Shown: positions 10,441 through 19,339 of the stretch, in pieces | Layout of the letters: each line of letters starts with the position of its first letter | Position numbering within the stretch: the first letter of the stretch is position 1 | Assembly: GCA_963728205.1 (NCBI GenBank) | Contig: CAVSIV010000004.1 | Span: 160,001 to 224,000, forward strand | Direction: 5' to 3' | Origin: an uncultured Chloroflexia bacterium | Lineage (GTDB): Bacteria > Chloroflexota > Dehalococcoidia > UBA2979 | DNA: 64,000 bases | The notes under the pieces: model-generated | Database searches by the model: none | The model's input: the letters and a program-made list of their open reading frames with translations, nothing else | Told to the model about the DNA's origin: nothing | Program-made: the position numbers and the translations under genes

Positions 10441-11847
10441 GTGACCGAGACCGCCGGCTCATCGAAGCTCTGGGGCGGCCGCTTCGCGGCCGACACCAAC
10501 GCGCTCGTCGAGGCCTTCAACGCCTCGATCGACTTCGACCGCCGGCTCTACCGCGAGGACATCGCGGGCTCGATCGCCCACGCGCGCATGCTCGCGGCGC
10601 AGAGCATCATCCCCGGCGACGACCGCGACGCCATCATCGCCGGCCTCGAGGCGATCCGCGACGAGATCGACGCCGGCACGTTCGCGTTCCGACAGGACCG
10701 CGAAGACATCCACCTCAACATCGAAGCGGCGCTCACCGACCGCATCGGCGACGCGGGACGGCGCCTGCACACCGCGCGCTCGCGCAACGACCAGGTCGCG
10801 ACCGACACGCGCCTCTTCACGCGCGCCGCCTGCGACGAGGCGCTCGCGGCGCTGCACGCGCTGCGCGGCGCGCTGATCGACCTCTCCGACCGCGAGGCCG
10901 CGACGGTGATGCCCGGATACACCCACCTGCAGCGCGCGCAGCCGGTGCTCCTCGCACACCACCTGCTCGCCTACGAGGCGATGTTCGCGCGCGACGCCGA
11001 GCGCGTCGCGCAGGCGCGCGCCCGCGCGAACGTGTTGCCGCTCGGCGCGGGGGCGCTCGCCGGCGTGACCTACCCCATCGACCGCGAGGCGGTCGCGCGC
11101 GAGCTCGGTTTCGACGCCGTCGCCTCGAACTCGCTCGACGCCGTGTCCGACCGCGACTTCGTCGTCGACTTCCACGCGGCGGCGGCGCTCGCCATGGTCC
11201 ACCTCTCGCGGCTCGCCGAGGAGCTGATCCTCTGGTCGACCGCGGAGTTCGGCTTCGTCACGCTCGCCGACGCCTTCTCCACCGGGTCGAGCATCATGCC
11301 GCAGAAGAAGAACCCCGACGTCGCGGAGCTGGCGCGCGGGAAGAGCGCGCGGGCGATCGGCAACCTCGTGCAGGCGCTGACGATGCTCAAGGGCCAGCCG
11401 CTCGCCTACAACAAGGACAACCAGGAGGACAAGGAGTCGCTGTTCGACAGCGTCGACACGCTGCTCGTGTCGGTGCGCGTCGTCGCCGCGATGCTGCCCA
11501 CCCTCACCTTTCACCGGGAGCGCATGCGCGCCGCCGCCGGCGCGAACTTCGCGCTCGCGACCGATGTCGCCGACTATCTGGCGAAGCGCGGCGTGCCGTT
11601 CCGCGAGGCGCACGAAGCGGTCGGCGCGCTCGTCGCGCGCTGCGAGCGCGACGGCCGCACGACGTTCGACGGGCTGGCGCTCGACGACTACCGCGCGGCG
11701 CACCGCGCGTTCGAGCGCGACGTGCTCGCGCTGGACCTCGACGCCGCGCTCGCCGCGCGCGAGGTGCCCGGCGGGACCGGCCCGCGCGCCGTCGCGGACC
11801 AGCGTGCGGCCGCTCGCGCGCGCCTCGCCGCCGAGAGCCGGCCATGA
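10441..11847 (+). CDS. argH: Argininosuccinate lyase
   Basis: LWGGRF, RSRNDQ, MPGYTHLQ, GSSIMPQKKNPD. Confidence 0.97.
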   Translation: MTETAGSSKLWGGRFAADTNALVEAFNASIDFDRRLYREDIAGSIAHARMLAAQSIIPGDDRDAIIAGLEAIRDEIDAGTFAFRQDREDIHLNIEAALTDRIGDAGRRLHTARSRNDQVATDTRLFTRAACDEALAALHALRGALIDLSDREAATVMPGYTHLQRAQPVLLAHHLLAYEAMFARDAERVAQARARANVLPLGAGALAGVTYPIDREAVARELGFDAVASNSLDAVSDRDFVVDFHAAAALAMVHLSRLAEELILWSTAEFGFVTLADAFSTGSSIMPQKKNPDVAELARGKSARAIGNLVQALTMLKGQPLAYNKDNQEDKESLFDSVDTLLVSVRVVAAMLPTLTFHRERMRAAAGANFALATDVADYLAKRGVPFREAHEAVGALVARCERDGRTTFDGLALDDYRAAHRAFERDVLALDLDAALAAREVPGGTGPRAVADQRAAARARLAAESRP

Positions 11848-12527
11848 GCCCGGACCCGGGCGTGCGCATCGCCCCGTCGATCCTGACCGCCGACTTCGGC
11901 CGGCTCGCGGCACAGGCGCGCGCGGCCGAGGACGGCGGGGCCGACCTGCTGCACCTCGACGTAATGGACGGCCACTTCGTCCCGCGCATCACCTTCGGGG
12001 ACCCCGTGATCGCCGCGGTGCGGGAGGCCACGCGCCTGCCGCTCGAGGTGCACATGATGGTCGCCAACCCCGGCGACCACTTCGCCGCCTTCGCGCAGGC
12101 CGGCGCGGGCCGGCTGCTCTTCCACTACGAGGCCGCCGGCGACCTTGCCGCCGTGCGCACGCTGCTCGCGCGGGCACGGGAGCTCGGCGTCGAGACCGGC
12201 GTCGCGATCAGCCCGGAGACGCCGTCGTCGGCGCTCTACCCGCTGCTCGCCGAGATCGACGAGATCATCGTGATGCTGATCCGCCCCGGCTGGGGCGGCC
12301 AGGAGATGCGCCCCGAGCTGCTGGCGAAGGTGCGCGACCTGGACGGCCGGGCGCGTGCGGCGGGCCTCGACGTGCCGATCGAGGTCGACGGCGGCGTCAA
12401 GGCGCACAATGCGCTCGAGTGCGTGCACGCCGGCGCGTCGATCCTCGTGGCGGGCTCGGCCGTCTACAACGACCGCCAGAGCCCGGAAGACGCGCTCGCC
12501 GATCTGCGGCGCACGCTCGGGCGCTAA
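11844..12527 (+). CDS. rpe: Ribulose-phosphate 3-epimerase
   Basis: IAPSILTADF, HLDVMDGHFVP, EVDGGV, VAGSAVY. Confidence 0.95.
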   Translation: MSPDPGVRIAPSILTADFGRLAAQARAAEDGGADLLHLDVMDGHFVPRITFGDPVIAAVREATRLPLEVHMMVANPGDHFAAFAQAGAGRLLFHYEAAGDLAAVRTLLARARELGVETGVAISPETPSSALYPLLAEIDEIIVMLIRPGWGGQEMRPELLAKVRDLDGRARAAGLDVPIEVDGGVKAHNALECVHAGASILVAGSAVYNDRQSPEDALADLRRTLGR

Positions 12528-12532
12528 GTCTG

Positions 12533-12690
12533 GGCGCGCGGCAGGCTTCAGGCCTGCCGTGGATCGTGAGTACCTCCGCGGGACGTGAGGCGGCCACCTC
12601 CGGGGCGGTCGCCCGCCACTGCACACGGCAGGCCTGAAGCCTGCCGCGCGCCGGGGACCGGCAGGCCTGAAGGCCCGCGCCGCGCGCCGG
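12533..12690. repeat. REP family 1 element: 29-bp perfect inverted arms (12533-12561 / 12624-12652) plus a partial third arm
   Basis: GGCGCGCGGCAGGCTTCAGGCCTGCCGTG and its reverse complement; identical right arm at 21293-21321 and 40067-40095. Confidence 0.85.
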
Positions 12691-12749
12691 ACATGAAGAG
12701 GCCCCGCGAACGCGGGGCCGGAGACCGAACCGCTCGCGGCCCGTCGTTG

Positions 12750-12983
12750 CTAGTAGCTCAGCCCCTTCGCCTCGACGTGCTTGCTCTCCGTGCGGAGGCA
12801 GCGCGTGCAGACGTTGATGCGGCGCCAGCGGCCGTCGACGAACATCCGCTTCTTGTGCACGTTCGGCGCGAACGGGCGGTTCGTCTTCGGGGCCTTGCGG
12901 CGCCACGCACCGGAGTGCTTGTGCTGGATCGCCCGCCCGAAGACGGTGTGCTTGTCGCAGAGGTCGCACTTGCCGGCTGCCAT
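12750..12983 (-). CDS. rpmB: 50S ribosomal protein L28 (Zn-binding type)
   Basis: MAAGKCDLCDK...TNRPFAPNVHK...INVCTRCLR; context upstream of the DAK2 gene. Confidence 0.92.
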   Translation of the reverse strand: MAAGKCDLCDKHTVFGRAIQHKHSGAWRRKAPKTNRPFAPNVHKKRMFVDGRWRRINVCTRCLRTESKHVEAKGLSY

Positions 12984-13131
12984 GATCTCGCTCCGCAGGG
13001 GTCCCGCGCGCAGAGTGCGCAGCACCGGGTTCTGGTATATGTCTGATGACGGCCGATGAGACTGCATCGGCCGGTACAGGCTAGCAGCACGCGCTCCGCA
13101 ACGTCTATCCGGCCCGGGCCCGCCGCGACCG

Positions 13132-14778
13132 ATGGGAGATCGCGCGATCGCTTCCACCACCATCGACGGTCGCGACCTGCGCTCCGCGTTCGACGTCGCC
13201 GAGCGCTGGCTGGCGCTGAACCGCGATGCCGTCAACGCGATCAACGTCTACCCCGTGCCCGACGGCGACACCGGCACCAACATGCTCCTCACCTGGCGCG
13301 CCGCGCTGGCCGCGCCCGTCGACACGCCGGACGACGTCGGCGCCGTGCTGCGGGCCGTGGCGCACGGCGCGCTGCTCGGGGCGCGCGGCAACAGCGGCGT
13401 GATCCTCTCGCAGATGCTGCGCGGCCTCGCCGAGGCCGTCGGCGGCGCGCGGCGGATCGGGCTGCGCGACCTCGCGGCGGCGCTGACCGCCGGCGCGCGC
13501 GCCGCGTACGACGCGGTGCCGAGCCCCATCGAGGGCACGATGCTGACGGTGATGCGCGAGAGCGCGGCGGCCGCTGAGGCGGCCGCGGCCGAGCGCGCGG
13601 AGGTCGATCACATGACGGCCGCGCTCGTGGCGGGGGCGCGGCGCAGCGTCGAGCGCACGCCGGACCTGCTGCCGCGCCTGCGCGACGCCGGCGTGGTGGA
13701 CGCGGGCGGGCTCGGCGTCGCCCTGCTGTTCGAGGGCGTGCACCACGGCCTCGCCGGCACGCCGCTCCCCGAGCCGCTGACGCCGAACGCGGCCGCGGTC
13801 GAGCTGGAGGCGGTCGCGCACGAGGGCCACGGCTACTGCACCGAATACGTCGTCATCGCCGACGGCATCGACCGCGCGGCGTTCGAGCGCGAGCTGCTGG
13901 CGCTCGGCGGCGAGTCGGTGCTCGTCGTGGGCGACGCGACGGCCGTGCACGTGCACGTGCACGTCGCCGACCCCGGCCCGGCGCTGAGCGCCGGCGCGCG
14001 CCTCGGGGCGCTCGACGCGATCAAGGTCGACAACATGCAGGCGCAGCACGAGGCCTGGAGCGACGGCATCGTCGCCGCGTCCGGCGGGCGCGAGCCGGCC
14101 GACGGCGAGCTCCGGTCGGCGGCGCCGGCCGTTGGGCTCGTCGCGGTCGCGGCCGGCCCCGGGATCGCGTCCGCGTTTCGCGACCTCGGCGCGACGCGCG
14201 TGATCGACGCCGCCGCACGCAAGCCGAGCGCCGGCGAGCTGCTCGCGGCGGCGCGGGCGGCGGGCCGCGAGCGCGTCTACCTGCTGCCCAACGACCGAGA
14301 CGTGCTCATGGCGGCCGAGCAGGCGGCCCGCGCGTCCGACGGCCTCGTCACGGTGATTCCCGCCCGCTCAGCGGCGGCCGGCCTGGCGGCCGCCGTCGCG
14401 TTCCTGCCGGACGCGCCCGCAGCCGAGCTGGCCGCGCAGATGCTCGCTGCAGTCGACGCCGTCCGCAGCGTCGAGGTCACGAGCGCGGTGCGCGACGCGA
14501 CCGTCGACGGCGTCGCGGTGCGCGCGGGCGACGGCATCGCGCTCGTCGACGGCTTCCTCGTCATGCGCGGCGACACGCTGGAGGAGGCGCTGGCGGGCGG
14601 CCTCGCCCGCGCGGTCGGCGACGGCGCGTCGCTCGTCACCGTCTACCTCGGCGCCGGCGCGCCGCCGGGGGCCGGTGAGCGGGTGCGCGCGCTGATCGCC
14701 AGCCGTCACCCCACGCTGGAGATCGAGGTGGTGGCCGGCGGCCAGCCGCACTACCCCTACCTCCTGTCGGTCGAGTAG
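13132..14778 (+). CDS. DAK2-domain fatty acid kinase subunit A (YloV/FakA-like)
   Basis: INVYPVPDGDTGTNM, GARGNSGVILSQ, GYCTE, GGQPHYPYLLSVE. Confidence 0.92.
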   Translation: MGDRAIASTTIDGRDLRSAFDVAERWLALNRDAVNAINVYPVPDGDTGTNMLLTWRAALAAPVDTPDDVGAVLRAVAHGALLGARGNSGVILSQMLRGLAEAVGGARRIGLRDLAAALTAGARAAYDAVPSPIEGTMLTVMRESAAAAEAAAAERAEVDHMTAALVAGARRSVERTPDLLPRLRDAGVVDAGGLGVALLFEGVHHGLAGTPLPEPLTPNAAAVELEAVAHEGHGYCTEYVVIADGIDRAAFERELLALGGESVLVVGDATAVHVHVHVADPGPALSAGARLGALDAIKVDNMQAQHEAWSDGIVAASGGREPADGELRSAAPAVGLVAVAAGPGIASAFRDLGATRVIDAAARKPSAGELLAAARAAGRERVYLLPNDRDVLMAAEQAARASDGLVTVIPARSAAAGLAAAVAFLPDAPAAELAAQMLAAVDAVRSVEVTSAVRDATVDGVAVRAGDGIALVDGFLVMRGDTLEEALAGGLARAVGDGASLVTVYLGAGAPPGAGERVRALIASRHPTLEIEVVAGGQPHYPYLLSVE

Positions 14779-14799
14779 GCCCTTCGCTACACTCGCGCC

Positions 14800-15684
14800 G
14801 TGACCGTCCGCGTCGTCACCGACTCCACCGCCGATCTCCCGCCAGACGTCGTCGCACGCTACGGGATTGGCGTCGTGCCGCTCAGCATCCTGTTCGGCGA
14901 CGAGTCGCTGCGCGACGGCGTCGACATCACGTCCGACCAGTTCTTCAAGCGCCTGGCGCGCGCGGTCGAGCTGCCGACCACGTCGCAGCCGACGCCCGCG
15001 CTCTTCCACGAGACGTATGAGCGCCTGAAGGCCGAGGGCGCGACCGAGATCGTCTCGCTGCACCTCTCGAGCAAGCTCAGCGGCACCTTCCACTCCGCGG
15101 TGCAGGGCGCCGAGGGCATCGCGGACGTGCGCTTTCGTCACGTCGATTCGCTGTCGGCGTCGCTGGGCCTCGGGCTGGGCGTACTGGCGGCGGCGGAGCT
15201 CGCGCAGGACGGCAAGTCGCTCGAAGAGGTGCGCGCGGCGGCCGTCGACGTCTTCGCGCGTACGCGCGTGTACTTCCTGCTCGACACGCTCGAGTTCCTG
15301 CGCCGCGGCGGGCGCCTGGGGCGCGGTGCGGAGATCATCGGCAACCTGTTGCAGGTGAAGCCGATCCTCGCGATCGAGGGCGGCGAGGTGGTGCCCGTCG
15401 CGCGCGTGCGCACCCGCACGAAGGCGATCGAGGAGATGCTGCGGCGCGTGGCGCTGCTGCGGCCGATCACGCATATCGGCGCGATCCATGCGACCACGCC
15501 CGATGACCTCGACTACCTGACGACGCGCCTCGACGGCATCGTGCCCGACGCGAAGGTGCTGACCGCGCGCGTGACACCGGTGATCGGCGTGCACGGCGGG
15601 CCCGGGCTGCTCGGCGTCGCGGCCGTGATCGCGTCGCCCGAGGCCGCGACCGACGGAGCCTCCCCCACACCGAACACGTCGTGA
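14800..15684 (+). CDS. DegV family fatty acid-binding protein (FakB-like)
   Basis: VVTDSTADLP, PTTSQP, SSKLSGT, VIGVHGGPG. Confidence 0.93.
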   Translation: MTVRVVTDSTADLPPDVVARYGIGVVPLSILFGDESLRDGVDITSDQFFKRLARAVELPTTSQPTPALFHETYERLKAEGATEIVSLHLSSKLSGTFHSAVQGAEGIADVRFRHVDSLSASLGLGLGVLAAAELAQDGKSLEEVRAAAVDVFARTRVYFLLDTLEFLRRGGRLGRGAEIIGNLLQVKPILAIEGGEVVPVARVRTRTKAIEEMLRRVALLRPITHIGAIHATTPDDLDYLTTRLDGIVPDAKVLTARVTPVIGVHGGPGLLGVAAVIASPEAATDGASPTPNTS

Positions 15685-18299
15685 CGGCCGACCTCGAGCG
15701 GCTGCGCGCGGTCCTGCAGCGCGAGCTCGACGCGGGCGCGTCGGACGTGCTCGTGCAGGGCGGGCTCGACGAGCTGCTGCGCACGCAGGCACGCGACGAG
15801 CCGCCGGGGTCGGCGCTGCTGCGGATGGTGGCGGCGCTGCCGGCGCAGGGCTATCGGTCGCTCGAGCCCGAGGAGCGCGTGACCTGGCTGCGCCGCGCAC
15901 TGGCGACGGTGCGGCGCGAGCAGGCGCTCGCGGCGGAGGCCGCGCCGCGGCGCGCCGCCCCCGGCCGCGCGCCGTCCTCGCGCGCGGCGGCGGCCGGCCG
16001 GCAGGCGCCGGCCGGGGCCGCGGGCCGCGCCGGCGGCGCCGGTCGCACCCCCGCGCGCCGCTCGCCGCGGCGCCCGCCGCGCCGCGTGGCGGAGGAGTCG
16101 CCGGACGCCGACGGCGCCGCGGACGGCGCGCCCGCGCGCCCCGGGTCCGCGGGCGCGCACATCCCACCCGGCGAGGGCGCGCTCGACCTCGAGCTCGCAC
16201 GCGCTGGCACGCGGCTCGGCGGGCCCAACCTCGATCGGCTGGAGCGGCTCGGGCTGCGCACCGTGCGCGACGCGCTCCACTTCTACCCGTACCGCCACCA
16301 CGACTTCAGCCACACGGTGCCGATCTCCGCGCTGCGCATCGGCGCCGAGCAGACCGTCCGCGGCGTGGTCGAGCGCTCACGCGAGGTGCGGATGGGCCGC
16401 GGCGGCCGCATGCGCGCGGCGGAGGTCACGATCCGCGACGCCGCCGGGTCCACCATCGGGGCCACGTGGTTCAACCAGCCGTTCGTCGCGCGCTCGTTGC
16501 GCGAAGGCGAGGAGATCGCGCTCGCCGGCCGCGTCACGATGTACCGCAACCACGCGGCGTTCACGAACCCCGAGTACGAGAAGCTGAGCGACGACCCACA
16601 CCACACCGGACGCATCGTCCCCGTCTACCACCTCACCGCCGGGCTGGCGCAGCGCACGATCCGCGGCGTGATCGCGCAGCTACTGGAGCGCTTCGGCGAT
16701 CGCATCGAAGACCCGCTGCCGCCGGACGTCCGCGAGCGCAACAGCCTGATGCCGCTGGCCGATGCGGTGCGGCAGGATCACTACCCCGACAGCCAGGCAC
16801 AGCTGACGCACGCGCGCCGCCGCCTCGCGTTCGACGAGCTGCTCGCGATCCAGATCGGCGTGATCGCCCGCAAGCGGGAGTGGCAGGCGCAGGGCAACGC
16901 GCCGATGATCGGCGACCACGCGGCCGCGGACGCCTTCCTCGCATCGCTCCCCTTCCGGCTCACCGGCGCGCAGCAGCGCGCGCTGCACGAGCTGCGCACG
17001 GACGTCGCCCGCCCCGTGCCGATGTCGCGGCTGATGGAGGGCGACGTCGGCTCCGGCAAGACGGTGGTGGCGGTGGCGGCGATGCTGTCGTTCGTCGCGG
17101 CCGGCTACCAGGCGGTGATGATGGCGCCGACCGAGGTGCTCGCCGAGCAGCACTTCCGCACGATCTGCCGGCTGCTCTCGGGCGAGCCGGAGCCGCCCCT
17201 CAACGGGCTGATCTCGCTGCCGTCGCTGCCGCTACCGATCCGCGTCGTGCAGCTCACCGGCTCGACGCGCGCGAAGGAGCGGCGCGACGCCCTCGACGCG
17301 ATTCGCCACGGCGGGGCGCACATCATCGTGGGCACGCACGCGCTCATCCAGGAGTCCGTGGAGTTCGCCAACCTCGGCATGGCCGTGGTCGACGAGCAGC
17401 ACCGCTTCGGCGTGATGCAGCGCAGCGAGCTGCGACGCAAGGGAGCCGACGGCGTCTCGCCGCACCTGCTGGTGATGACCGCGACGCCGATCCCGCGGTC
17501 CCTCGCGCTCACGCTGTACGGCGACCTCGACCTCTCGGTGATCGACGAGATGCCGCCGGGCCGCACGCCCATCGAGACGCGCTTCCTCACGCCGATCGAG
17601 CGCGGCACGGCGTTCGCGAAGGTGCGCGAGGAGATCGCGGCCGGCCGGCAGGCGTTCGTGATCTGTCCGCTCGTCGAGGGCTCCGACGCCGTGCAGTCGC
17701 GCGCCGCGACCGAAGAGGTGGAGCGGCTGCGCACGCAGGAGTTCCCCGAGCTCGCCGACCGCATCGCGCTACTGCACGGGCGGATGTCGTCGAGCGACAA
17801 GGACGCCGTGATGCGCGCGTTCGCGGTGAACGAGGCGGCGATCCTGGTGTCGACCGCGGTGGTCGAGGTCGGCATCGACGTCCCGAACGCGACGGTGATG
17901 GTGATCGAGGGCGCCGACCGCTTCGGCCTCGCGCAGCTGCACCAGTTCCGCGGGCGCGTCGGCCGCGGGGCACACGCGTCGTTCTGCTACCTGCTGGCGG
18001 ACGACCCGACGCCGGAGGCGGAGGAGCGGCTCTCGGTGCTGGAGCGGACCGCCGATGGCTTCGCGGTGGCGCAGGCGGACCTCGAGCTGCGTGGACCGGG
18101 CGAGACGTTCGGGACGCAGCAGAGCGGCCGCACGAACCTGCACATCGCGAGCCTGCTGGATGTGCGCCTGATCGAGACGACGCGCCACGAGGCGGAGCTG
18201 CTGCTGGACGACGACTCCCAGCTCGCAAAGCCCGAGCACCGCGCGCTCCGCTACGCGATCGCGCGTCGTGCGAGCGAGGTGGTCGCGGAGATGCACTGA
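15681..18299 (+). CDS. recG: ATP-dependent DNA helicase RecG with N-terminal extension
   Basis: EGDVGSGKT, DEQHRFGV, MTATPIPR, QLHQFRGRVGRG. Confidence 0.95.
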   Translation: MTADLERLRAVLQRELDAGASDVLVQGGLDELLRTQARDEPPGSALLRMVAALPAQGYRSLEPEERVTWLRRALATVRREQALAAEAAPRRAAPGRAPSSRAAAAGRQAPAGAAGRAGGAGRTPARRSPRRPPRRVAEESPDADGAADGAPARPGSAGAHIPPGEGALDLELARAGTRLGGPNLDRLERLGLRTVRDALHFYPYRHHDFSHTVPISALRIGAEQTVRGVVERSREVRMGRGGRMRAAEVTIRDAAGSTIGATWFNQPFVARSLREGEEIALAGRVTMYRNHAAFTNPEYEKLSDDPHHTGRIVPVYHLTAGLAQRTIRGVIAQLLERFGDRIEDPLPPDVRERNSLMPLADAVRQDHYPDSQAQLTHARRRLAFDELLAIQIGVIARKREWQAQGNAPMIGDHAAADAFLASLPFRLTGAQQRALHELRTDVARPVPMSRLMEGDVGSGKTVVAVAAMLSFVAAGYQAVMMAPTEVLAEQHFRTICRLLSGEPEPPLNGLISLPSLPLPIRVVQLTGSTRAKERRDALDAIRHGGAHIIVGTHALIQESVEFANLGMAVVDEQHRFGVMQRSELRRKGADGVSPHLLVMTATPIPRSLALTLYGDLDLSVIDEMPPGRTPIETRFLTPIERGTAFAKVREEIAAGRQAFVICPLVEGSDAVQSRAATEEVERLRTQEFPELADRIALLHGRMSSSDKDAVMRAFAVNEAAILVSTAVVEVGIDVPNATVMVIEGADRFGLAQLHQFRGRVGRGAHASFCYLLADDPTPEAEERLSVLERTADGFAVAQADLELRGPGETFGTQQSGRTNLHIASLLDVRLIETTRHEAELLLDDDSQLAKPEHRALRYAIARRASEVVAEMH

Positions 18300-18312
18300 G
18301 CCGCGGGCCGGA

Positions 18313-18350
18313 GGCCGGCCACCCGGGACTGGCTCCCGGGGTGGCCGGCC
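18313..18350. terminator. GC-rich hairpin between convergent recG and fasciclin genes
   Basis: GGCCGGCCACCCGGGA...TCCCGGGGTGGCCGGCC stem; no clear U-tract. Confidence 0.5.
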
Positions 18351-18365
18351 GTGACGAGGGCGAGA

Positions 18366-19040
18366 CTACCGGCGGCGGGCCGTGACCAGTCGCGCGCCGC
18401 CTGCAAGCGCGAGCGCCCCCAGCGCGAGGAGCGCGATCATCACCGGCGCGACGGCGGACGAGCCGCCCAGCCCGGCGTTCCCGGCCGCCGCGGGCGCCGG
18501 GGTCGACGCCTGCGCCGGCGGGATCAGGACGGCGTCGATGACGTGGATGACGCCGTTGCTGGCCGCCACGTCGGCCGTCGTCACCTTCGCGGACCCGTTG
18601 AGCGTCACGCCGCCCGGGCCCGTCGCGATGGCGATCTTCGCGCCACCCACCGTGGTCGCCTCGGACAGCGTGGCCACGTCGGACGAGGCCACGCGGCCGG
18701 GCACGACGTGATACAGGAGCACGGCCTTCAGCGCCGCCGGATCCGCGAGCAGGGCATCGAGCGTGCCGGCCGGCAGCGCGGCAAATGCCGCGTCGGTCGG
18801 CGCGAAGACCGTGAACGGCCCGGGGCCCTTCAGCGTGTCCACGAGCCCCGCGGCCTGGAGCGCCTTCGCCAGCGTGGTGAAGTTGCCGGCCCCGACGGCC
18901 GTGTCGACGATGTCGAGCGTCGCCGCCTGGGGAGCGGCCGCGGGCTGGCCCGCTTCGGGTGCATCGATGGCGGCCATCGCCGTCGTTGCGATGGCCGCCG
19001 CGGCGAGGGCGCCGAGCAGCGTTCCGAGCATTCGCTTCAT
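18366..19040 (-). CDS. Secreted fasciclin (FAS1) domain protein with C-terminal TM anchor
   Basis: Signal peptide; [30 protein letters not shown]; C-terminal [13 protein letters not shown]. Confidence 0.92.
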   Translation of the reverse strand: MKRMLGTLLGALAAAAIATTAMAAIDAPEAGQPAAAPQAATLDIVDTAVGAGNFTTLAKALQAAGLVDTLKGPGPFTVFAPTDAAFAALPAGTLDALLADPAALKAVLLYHVVPGRVASSDVATLSEATTVGGAKIAIATGPGGVTLNGSAKVTTADVAASNGVIHVIDAVLIPPAQASTPAPAAAGNAGLGGSSAVAPVMIALLALGALALAGGARLVTARRR

Positions 19041-19142
19041 GATGGGAGCCGTCCTCTGTCTGTCATTGCGACCGCCGCAGGCGGTCCCCCTGGGTGGCGT
19101 TACCGACGAGTCCCTGGCCAGGGTCGACGCGGAACAGATCCC

Positions 19143-19171
19143 ATGTGACCAATATTTGACTCACTTGTCAA
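19143..19171 (-). promoter_or_regulatory. Sigma70-like promoter for the fasciclin gene (TTGACA-17-TCACAT) overlapping palindrome TTGAC-N6-GTCAA
   Basis: AT-rich patch; minus-strand TTGACA at 19171-19166, 17-nt spacer. Confidence 0.5.
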
Positions 19172-19339
19172 TGGATTATGACGCACTATTGCCACATATC
19201 TGACCGGTACGGTCGGGAACGGTCCGGTCGCCGGGCTCCGCCATGCCGTGCCTGACCCCAACCCACCTCGGCGTTAGACTGTCCGCCTGAACCACCCGCG
19301 GTCCGTGCCGGCGGACCGCTCGCTTCTGGCGGAGGGCGC

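Noticed and set aside
19200-19339. T-box leader upstream of argS (also checked upstream of trpS)
   Set aside because: No GGTGGNACC T-box motif or specifier stem recognisable
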